A stretch of DNA of 56,675 nucleotides, counting the filler, from Asterionella formosa (lineage: Eukaryota): NCBI GenBank assembly GCA_002256025.1. It is 5 parts of 5 records of this genome, joined end to end, with 100 filler letters (N's around TTAATTAATTAA, not from the genome) between each part and the next. Parts side by side here need not be neighbours in the genome. Positions count along the whole stretch, not along the records: positions 1 to 11,261 come from NKIB01008664.1; 4 more parts are not named here. One strand, given 5' to 3'. Below the pieces are notes generated by a model that did no database searches, was not told the origin of the DNA, and was given only the letters and a program-made list of their open reading frames with translations. The stretch's first letter is position 1, and each line of letters starts with the position of its first letter. Positions 1 through 7,832 of this stretch are shown piece after piece. The position numbers and the translations under genes were made by a program.

Positions 1-360
1 TACATTAAGCTCACTCTTTTATAAAAACAATTATTAGCAAACAAAGTAAAACAAACAAATTGTGTAGAAACATTTTTCTAGCAAATTTTACTGCGTGAGA
101 GCTACAGATACGTAGCATCTACCAACTCCTATGACACAGATATACTGTATTCCTATCTGATATTCTGCATTATCACCGGGACCTGGTCGCTGGCATCCGT
201 TTGTAGACCATTCAGACGTTGTACCAGTACATACCACCAGCACATCTTTTGAAAATAAGGTCGTCGTCAGCATGATGAGAATGACTCATTTGAACAGCGT
301 GCGTCACCATAATGTGAGTCACCTTGGGTTGTGTGTTCAATATTACCGGCAATGGTAAGA

Positions 361-430
361 GTACCTGGTAGAATACCTGGTAGACTACCAGGTACCTGGT
401 ACCTGGTACCTGGTGCATGGTACTGGTACT
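361..430. repeat. (GGTACCT/CCAGGTA)n quasi-palindromic heptamer array
   Basis: TACCAGGTACCTGGTACCTGGTACCTGGT. Similar arrays at about 3776-3845, 7603-7635, 21608-21672, 30200-30260, 33325-33415, 44770-44795, 44940-44970 and 53531-53556. Confidence 0.85.
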
Positions 431-648
431 ATGAAATCATCATTATAATTGTATCAACAGTGGTAGAACTACCAGTAAGCAAGAAGGCATGTGATAATGA
501 GTCACCATATTAGCTACTGGTATAATGGGATGTACTGTAGCAGCGGTATGTGATGTTTATGACAATTTCTTAGAATCGAATGACGGTAACAAATTCTTTC
601 AACCTTTTTGGAATAATGTATCTAATACGGATAACCTTATTTTTTTAA

Positions 649-1854
649 ATGTGTCGAAATCCTCAAACAGAAATTGGGACAAGCCACATGACCAACAGCA
701 TTGTTAATACCGCCGGGGCAGCAATTTCCTCCACGCCAACGCTGATTCGAAACAAGAAATGGGTTTTAGCACGTCGTCCTGTGGGTCTGTTTTCCTTGGA
801 TGATGTCACCTTGCAAACTGATTCAATTTTAACGGAGAAAGCCCCTTCGTCGGTTAGCAATGGAATTATTGAGGATTCTCCAGATGACTTGTCGCCTACG
901 CAGATTTTGGTCAAAGTGCAAATGCTCAGCGTCGATGCCTTTATTCGGACCATGCTCGATGAAGAGGCCTACCATGGCTCCATTGGAATTGGGGATGTAG
1001 TTCCTGCCATTGGATACGGCACCGTTGTGGCTGTAGGTTCTTCTGTGACTTCCCAAAAAGTTGGAAGTGTCGTTTCTGGACTTCTTGGAGCTCAATTGTA
1101 CGCCAAATTGGAGTCCAAAGAGGCTTTCCAGAACATAGTAGCGCGTCTCTTACCAAGCACCCCCACTCTCTCGCTAGGCCTGTTGAGTCTCACCACAGGA
1201 TTGACGGCATATGTTGGCATTTTCAAGGTTACTAAACCACCCGGTAGAAAAGATACAGTGGTCGTATCGGCAGCATCAGGAGCTGTTGGTAGTGTTGCAG
1301 TGCAGTTGGCGAAGAATGTCTGCAAGTCAAAACGAGTTGTTGGGATTGCCGGAGGACCAGTAAAATGTGCATATCTCATGGAAGAATTGCACCTTGATGG
1401 GTGTGTTGATTACAAGCACCCCAAAAAGTCGGTGGCTGAACAATTGGCTGAATTCTGCCCAGAAGGAATCGACTTTTTCTATGACAACGTGGGAGGTGAA
1501 GTCTTGGATGCATGCTTGGATTGCATCAACCCAAAGGGAAGAGTTGTAATATGTGGGGCGATTTCTCAGTACTCCGGAAACTTAAACAAGGGGAGTGTTC
1601 AGGGTCCATCATCCTATTTGAAGCTTGCTGAGAGAGGCGCTATAATGGTAGGATTCAACGTCATGCAGCATATGCTGTCCTTGCCAGTAGGGATGGTGTC
1701 GATGTTGTGGTGGTACTTTCGTGGCATCGTGTCTTTACAGGAGCATGTCGAACCGAGTATCGTATCTTTTCCTTTGGCATTACAGAAACTCTTTACGGGC
1801 GGACATATTGGCAAGATGCTTGTAAATGTGGAAGCCGTTGCTCCTTCGAACTAG
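649..1854 (+). CDS. NADP-dependent medium-chain oxidoreductase, prostaglandin reductase/CurA-like (start may be ATG 688)
   Basis: Intact 401-aa ORF. Has WVLARRPVG N-terminus, GLTAYVG, VSAASGAVGSVAVQLAK nucleotide-binding motif, GIDFFYDNVGG, GRVVICGAISQY and C-terminal LFTGGHIGKMLV, all typical of the PTGR/LTB4DH family. Confidence 0.9.
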   Translation: MCRNPQTEIGTSHMTNSIVNTAGAAISSTPTLIRNKKWVLARRPVGLFSLDDVTLQTDSILTEKAPSSVSNGIIEDSPDDLSPTQILVKVQMLSVDAFIRTMLDEEAYHGSIGIGDVVPAIGYGTVVAVGSSVTSQKVGSVVSGLLGAQLYAKLESKEAFQNIVARLLPSTPTLSLGLLSLTTGLTAYVGIFKVTKPPGRKDTVVVSAASGAVGSVAVQLAKNVCKSKRVVGIAGGPVKCAYLMEELHLDGCVDYKHPKKSVAEQLAEFCPEGIDFFYDNVGGEVLDACLDCINPKGRVVICGAISQYSGNLNKGSVQGPSSYLKLAERGAIMVGFNVMQHMLSLPVGMVSMLWWYFRGIVSLQEHVEPSIVSFPLALQKLFTGGHIGKMLVNVEAVAPSN

Positions 1855-1959
1855 TCAAAATTGAGAGAAGCTCTACTAACGGGTTTGACTATTACTTCTT
1901 TGATCACTTTAATTCAAAGAAATAATGTCGTGATATATATTTAGTTTTATTCTAAATGT

Positions 1960-3531
1960 CTACAATGGTGATCCAAAGTTTGCTGCTTCCATTGCATGCC
2001 ATTCTAGAAACAAGGTGCATAATCGCTGGTGCATTGCTTCGGCCTCCTTCACTTTGACACATGGAATGAGAAGCTGGTAGACTCGATCTCCGTGCTGTGA
2101 GCCAGGAACAATGACAGAGGAAAACATGTTAAAGTCTGGAATTGGGTACGAAGGGTGACCATGAAATCCAACTAGGGTAGCGCCAAAGTCAATGTCCCAA
2201 ATCGGAAAGGACCATGATGTTGTTGAGAAGCAGGACCCAGTCGAAATAGAGGTCGGCCGTTGCCCCTTTCTGGCGCAACTAATACTATCAGTGACACCCA
2301 AAAGGCCTTGAGTAAGCGCGTTGCGAATAACAAGGGCAGCAGCACTGATTTGTGAGAGGGAAACCTGATTGTCGTCGTCGCCTTCATCTGTCCTGCAAAT
2401 AGGCAAGGTTGCAACCACATTCACAATCCCATTCCCAAATAAACTATTTCCTTTCGAATCTCCAAAGGCTTCCACCCCGCATCGACCACGAAGGTTGACA
2501 ACCATACTCATATTCCAATCAGAATTCCCAGAAAGCTCGCGTTTCATTAGCCATCCAAATGCAGTCAGCATGTCGTTCGTGGATACAAATGTAGACCCCT
2601 TGTCCGACTCTTGCTGATTGTTGTGAAGCGTTTGTGACATACCAAGTGCCTTCATTGCAATCAATACTGGGAGAGGGAAAGCGAGGTGAAGGTATGCATG
2701 TTCATTGTTCGGTGTGACAGGTGGGAGCAAGTTCTTCTTTTCAGAGCCATCCTCTCCAAAGCTGAGATTTGCAAAGTCAAATCGATTGCAAATATCATCA
2801 ATCCAGGTCGGACCTGATTCTACTAAGCCCATTATATCTGCAATGCCCGGTGTCATCATTCCAGAACAAGTTGCCATCGCTCGATTGTTGGAAGGTGTAG
2901 TATAAGTCTTTTTGCAACTGCGCATTTCGCCTCCCCAGCATTCCAGAAAGTAAAAGCAAGAGGCAGCGTCTGCAAGCATGTGATTCATGTTCACACCAAT
3001 CACTGTCCCCCCATCTGCTAAGGAAGTCACTTGTATTGATGCTAGCGATGGGTAGGTTGGAAAAAGCACCTTGTGCCGTGGGAAGAAAAGGGGATCAAAG
3101 AGCGGTAACAGAGTTGGGTGTCTGTTTGTGTGCATCAAGTGCCCTCGCTGAATCCAATGTGCAATAGGTCGATCGCTGTCGGCGAAGGATACTGCAATTG
3201 AATCCTCTGGCGAGCACTGAATAGACATGGTCTTGCTAAAGTCCACCGACCCGCCCAGTACAGGAAATCGCTCCAGCACTTTCTTGAGCGACGACAACAG
3301 CTTCTTTTTAGACAGAGCCTCCTTGAAAAAGTAAGCAAACGGCAATTGTTCCTGTCGTAAGTGCGCGTCTACAATGCTAAGAGGTACCGCGAAACTATCA
3401 GTAACACTTGTAGATACGATCTCAACCGACCGTACGGTGGTTGTCGATCCATGCCATTCCGGCCGAGGTCGCTTGGAGCACGCAACCGCTGTGAGGTGCT
3501 GCAGTAATGGTGAGGCAGCAGCAGCTCTCAT
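1960..3531 (-). CDS. BAHD/Transferase-family acyl-CoA acyltransferase
   Basis: 523-aa ORF with catalytic HxxxD (NHMLADA), LKKVLERFPVLGG, VSTNDMLTA, VNLRGR, FGNGI and a degenerate DFGWG motif (DIDFGAT). Confidence 0.85.
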   Translation of the reverse strand: MRAAAASPLLQHLTAVACSKRPRPEWHGSTTTVRSVEIVSTSVTDSFAVPLSIVDAHLRQEQLPFAYFFKEALSKKKLLSSLKKVLERFPVLGGSVDFSKTMSIQCSPEDSIAVSFADSDRPIAHWIQRGHLMHTNRHPTLLPLFDPLFFPRHKVLFPTYPSLASIQVTSLADGGTVIGVNMNHMLADAASCFYFLECWGGEMRSCKKTYTTPSNNRAMATCSGMMTPGIADIMGLVESGPTWIDDICNRFDFANLSFGEDGSEKKNLLPPVTPNNEHAYLHLAFPLPVLIAMKALGMSQTLHNNQQESDKGSTFVSTNDMLTAFGWLMKRELSGNSDWNMSMVVNLRGRCGVEAFGDSKGNSLFGNGIVNVVATLPICRTDEGDDDNQVSLSQISAAALVIRNALTQGLLGVTDSISCARKGQRPTSISTGSCFSTTSWSFPIWDIDFGATLVGFHGHPSYPIPDFNMFSSVIVPGSQHGDRVYQLLIPCVKVKEAEAMHQRLCTLFLEWHAMEAANFGSPL

Positions 3532-4156
3532 GGTTCCTTACGATGAGTGCGTCCAATGAAGGGATTACTGACACTGATTGTGGCATACACAACAACCATG
3601 ATTACCGGTACACATTTTCCATTAGGAACGATCCACATATTGCCCTTAAATAGAAATTACTTAGAAGAGTGGCGAGACGATACCTGGAGCAGGAATTGCC
3701 AGAGGCAGTTGCGGTAAAGACGGTTCTTACTACAAACAGAATGAAAGAAATAAGAAGGCTAAATTTCAACATCATGGTACCTCTGTCTGGTACCTGGTAA
3801 TAGTAACCGCCAGTTTGCTACCAGTAGTGTGTACCCTGGTACCGACACGAAGGACATAGCTAGTTAGTAAGTATGTATGTATACCCAAATGACTAACAGT
3901 AACATCAGACCAGTCACATGATGCCGTTCGCATCAATGACCTATATCTAGACTTGTAATTGCATTGTTGCTGGGTTCTTGGTGCTTCTCATCGAACGACT
4001 TCGTGATCGCCCATGTTCAACATCCTCAAGGAAACAGAATGATCATCATGAGCGATTACCGGTAGTTATATACCGGCGTAACACGTTGAGATAACAAATG
4101 TGAATCCTTCACATCATTAATATTGATAAGAGTTCCTTGAACATCACTCAATTCAA

Positions 4157-4825
4157 ATGATGAATTCTGCCATTGCCTTCTTTGTTCTCTTTGCTTCACA
4201 AGCTGATGCCTTTTCTATCAAGCCATTCGGTGCTCGCAAGTGTACCAAACTATTCATTGATGACACGATTGCTGAGTTGTAAGTAGGCGTGTCCCCTGTT
4301 TTACTGGTTGACAGTCGAATCGACTAGCCATGGACTCATTTTTGAGTGCTGTATTGTATTTAATTTTGACAGAATTGACGGCGCTCTTTATCGCCAGCAG
4401 CATCACAAGGATGTTGAAAAGAAGTGGGAGGAACAAAACAAGAAAATGCTTGAAAACGAATTCATGCACGAATTAGAACATTTCGAAGAGGAATCCATCG
4501 GAATTTCTCCAAGACAACGCCGAAAGGACTTGGAGCTTGCCCAAACGAATCCAGAGGCGTATTGCAAAGACCGATGTGTTGCCGTGGGAGAATGTGAGGT
4601 ATTTGAAGACTTGTACGTTAAAAAAAATTATGCACCGGTGTACTTATATACATGGCGCTCGTTCGTGCATTCTTCCCTTTATTAACCCTCTAGCGCTACA
4701 TTTGGTTCTACAGCTATCACTTGAGTCCTGAACAAGTCATGTCCTTTTGCAAGGACTGTATCTTATCTGACAGCGACGAACCTTGCGATGTCCCGGAATT
4801 CATGAATGGAGGATTTCGCCCTTAA
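4157..4825 (+). CDS. Plastid-targeted small Cys-rich protein of unknown function, 3 exons (4157-4278, 4373-4612, 4714-4825)
   Basis: ATG 4157 gives MMNSAIAFFVLFASQADA-FS (signal peptide plus ASAFAP-like site). Introns GTAAGT 4279..CAG 4372 and GTACGT 4613..CAG 4713 are both phase 2 and keep the frame open to TAA 4823-4825. Spliced C-terminus: YCKDRCVAVGECEVFEDFYHLSPEQVMSFCKDCILSDSDEPCDVPEF. Confidence 0.85.
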
Positions 4826-5006
4826 TTAGCCGACGATTAACTGAACTCTTCTCGTCTACGCGTATACATGCTGTGTGTCAAGGATAAAAAATATAACCCG
4901 AACTAGCACTATACTTAAGGGTTTAAAGGATTCGATAACCAAACCAATAGGGTTTAAAGCAAGTGCGACAAAATTAGGCTCGCTCATTGCCATCACTTCT
5001 AATATA

Positions 5007-7364
5007 TCAAATACCTGCATCAGTTGGAAGATCTGCAAATTTCAGCGAGATGTCCTCGTCTGCATTCAGATTCGTTAGCTTTTTATTTGACTTGCTCATG
5101 TAGAAGGACTTGTTCAGAGCATTGGAATCTAATAATGCACTGGCGCAAACTTGTGCGACATCGGCACGAGATACAGCCGCGACCTCATTGTTCGTGCTCT
5201 TCAATTCAATTGTGCTGGCTTCACCACTTGGAGATTCGTTGTAACCACTTACTCGGACAATAGCATAGGATAGCCCTGAGTTCTTAAGGATCTCCTCTCC
5301 ACGGTATTTGTAGTATGTCTCTTCCCCACTGCGGTCAGCCTGCATTGCGTCGCTATCAAAAATCTGGAATGCCCCTTCGCCATCGTCTTGTTCTGTTAAC
5401 AATTGTCGGACATCATGTTTCACCATACTACTATGAATCACAGGGGGTATGCGCGAATCGCTCAAGTATACAAACTCAGGTTCAGGCTGCATCCGATATA
5501 CCTTTATGTAGGCTATCGCCAGATAGAAGTTAACGAGCTCACCCTTTGTTTGCTTCGCTCGATTTATGTTCGAGTCAACTCGGTATCGAAAACCAATCTG
5601 CCTAATGTCCCTCCCTCGAAATGAAGGTACAACTTTGTCACTATCCTTGCGCTGCCGCTGAACAGGCTGAAAGTTTAAAAATGGAAGTCGGACGGTTTTG
5701 AATCTGTTGGACGATTTGTTCAAGTTTTGTAACGGTTTAGTCTCGGTTCCAAACTCGCAAATGTATTCGATGCCATCTAACTCGTAGTTACCAGTCCGGA
5801 CAAAGGCTTCGTATGTGCCCCCGTCAGAACAAACGCGAACAATGAAACCACCGAAGGCACTCAAGTCAATACCAGTCTCTGGTTCCTCTCGTGAACTAAG
5901 TAGACTACTAACCACAGCGGATTCGCCACCAGCCATACCATTAATACTTTTTGCAACTCGACCGACAAAAACCGCATGATCGAATTGGTTCTTCATCCAC
6001 AGGCATTGAGCCTTGGTAACAGACGCCTTTAGCCGAGTAGAGGTGTCCTCAAACTGGTCGTCGGAATACTCGCCTTCATATGCTTCGCCGCTAGCATATT
6101 GTTCTGCAAGCTTTTCGTAATCCGTGTTATCATACTCATCAAACGCTGAGTCATCATCTTCATATGTAGCAGCTTCACTGCTATCCGTACGTTTCGTTTG
6201 TGTACTTGGCAGCGTGTCAGTGGCTTCCTTTACTAAAACAGTATCACCATCATCGTCGTCAATGGAAAACAAGTTGAAGTCTTCCATTCTTTTCGTAAAT
6301 TTGAATAAGGATCTTTTTGCTGTTTGACTGCTTCCATAGTCAGCGAAGCGGACGTTCTGGTAGGCCCGAACAAGATTTTGCATTCCAATACAATCAACTT
6401 GTTCTGCCAATTTAGACCTCAACTCCAAAACCGACTCCAGTTTCTCCCATTCCAGGTCTGATGCCTCTTTGTCTTCCCTGGGGATAGCATCTCCATTAGA
6501 CTCTAAATTCTCCTTGACGAAGCTGGTAAAACGACCTTGAAAGTCATTCTCATCGGGCCGAGGAGCTCCTGCACAAAATACAATTTTATCAACATCTGTC
6601 ACCGCATATTCCAGAGACTCAATATTTCCAAGTTCGCCTTGACAATAAGTTACACCTGTTCCCAGTAAATTGAGAGTCTTGCTGAACAAATCACGGACCA
6701 AAACCCGTACCCGAAAACGGCCATCGAGAAGCAACCGGCGAACCACCAGCCGACCGACTTCGCCGGTGGCGCCCACGACCAAGACTTCGGGAACATAGTC
6801 TGACCTTGTCAATCTGGACAGCAAGGGATTTCTTTCTGAAAATAGGGGACCTTGGTCTTGGAACCGATCATCTAAATAGTAGAGTTCCTTCTGTTCTTGC
6901 GTCAGTCCACCAATTTGCGAGAGTGATTCCAGGGTTTGTCGCAGTTTCTTCCCGACCTTGAATGGATTGACAATGTCCAGCAGGTTGTCTTTTTCTTGCT
7001 TCTCAGGTTGGTTGCGTTTTCGTAGTTCTTGCGCGGCCTTTGCAACTGCTTTCTTTTTGCTTTCCATGTTCATTGGCGGTTTCTTTGGGGTTGAGTTGGT
7101 TTTTGCCGACTTTCCTGTAGCTTTTTTGGATGGTCGTTTCTTAATTGTTGGTGAGTTGCCAGCGTCTTCGCGCTCTGAGGCTGATGGCTCGTTTCTATCG
7201 CCCGATTCCTGGCTAACGAGTAGCCATGTTCTCCTTCTCACCGTTGCTTGAGGTAATTGATGATGTGCCGATCCAATTGTTCGTATGGACAATAGTAACG
7301 GCGCAAACGAAGCGCCTCTATGGAACGAAGCCAGCCAAGCGATCAGCGAGAATTGCATTCGCAT
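5007..7364 (-). CDS. HCF173: Plastid-targeted NAD(P)-binding SDR/NmrA protein with inserted CIA30 domain (HCF173-like)
   Basis: Signal peptide ending GASFAP. Rossmann motif VLVVGATGEVGRLVV, central CIA30-like region (DLSAFGGFIVRVCSDGGTY, FKTVRLPFLNF) and split SDR C-terminus (YKYRGEEILKNSGLSYAIVR, VSRADVAQVC). Confidence 0.75.
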   Translation of the reverse strand: MRMQFSLIAWLASFHRGASFAPLLLSIRTIGSAHHQLPQATVRRRTWLLVSQESGDRNEPSASEREDAGNSPTIKKRPSKKATGKSAKTNSTPKKPPMNMESKKKAVAKAAQELRKRNQPEKQEKDNLLDIVNPFKVGKKLRQTLESLSQIGGLTQEQKELYYLDDRFQDQGPLFSERNPLLSRLTRSDYVPEVLVVGATGEVGRLVVRRLLLDGRFRVRVLVRDLFSKTLNLLGTGVTYCQGELGNIESLEYAVTDVDKIVFCAGAPRPDENDFQGRFTSFVKENLESNGDAIPREDKEASDLEWEKLESVLELRSKLAEQVDCIGMQNLVRAYQNVRFADYGSSQTAKRSLFKFTKRMEDFNLFSIDDDDGDTVLVKEATDTLPSTQTKRTDSSEAATYEDDDSAFDEYDNTDYEKLAEQYASGEAYEGEYSDDQFEDTSTRLKASVTKAQCLWMKNQFDHAVFVGRVAKSINGMAGGESAVVSSLLSSREEPETGIDLSAFGGFIVRVCSDGGTYEAFVRTGNYELDGIEYICEFGTETKPLQNLNKSSNRFKTVRLPFLNFQPVQRQRKDSDKVVPSFRGRDIRQIGFRYRVDSNINRAKQTKGELVNFYLAIAYIKVYRMQPEPEFVYLSDSRIPPVIHSSMVKHDVRQLLTEQDDGEGAFQIFDSDAMQADRSGEETYYKYRGEEILKNSGLSYAIVRVSGYNESPSGEASTIELKSTNNEVAAVSRADVAQVCASALLDSNALNKSFYMSKSNKKLTNLNADEDISLKFADLPTDAGI

Positions 7365-7635
7365 GATGGACGCGAATGTTTATATTATACTCGCTTCTAT
7401 ATCGTTAGTGGGTGCGCTTGCAAGGAAGAGACACAAACTGTTACAATGGCCAGAGTCTTGTGCATTTGCTTGTCGTATCATGCAATCTTCATCAACACTT
7501 GACACTACCTGGGGGAGTACCTACCAGATTCAGGGAAGGTCAGGTAAAACACGGTCTGTACTTCAGAAAAGATTCAGCTAAGCATCTCAATTACCGGACC
7601 TTCCAGGTACCTGGTACCTGGTACCTGGTACCAGG

Positions 7636-7832
7636 TGAGCAATCCTACACATCGATACAAATGTATATAGGGTTAGGGTTATATCAAATATATCGGAGCT
7701 CAATAATGAGAGAACTCGACTAACACCTATTCTATACTTTGATGTCATTTCAGGAAATGAGTTGTACATAAGGATTAATTAATAAGCTCATATATTCAAT
7801 AAATACTACTACTTCTAGTTAGATACTTCACT
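7636..7832 (+). repeat. Gypsy 5' LTR (about 197 bp)
   Basis: Begins TGAGCAATCC and closely matches the reverse complement of 53557-53756. Confidence 0.9.

Noticed and set aside
4070..4082. 13-mer ATACCGGCGTAAC shared with 16478-16490 upstream of two plastid-protein genes
   Set aside because: Exact 13-mer matches are expected by chance in 57 kb, and the flanks do not extend.
649..7364. Four-gene block as a biosynthetic cluster
   Set aside because: No scaffold-forming enzyme, the predicted compartments differ, and the spacing is ordinary for a compact diatom genome.
7668..7681. TAGGGTTAGGGTTA in the gypsy LTR as telomere capture
   Set aside because: Only two units, and the sister LTR reads TAGAGTTAGGGTTA, so it is not conserved.
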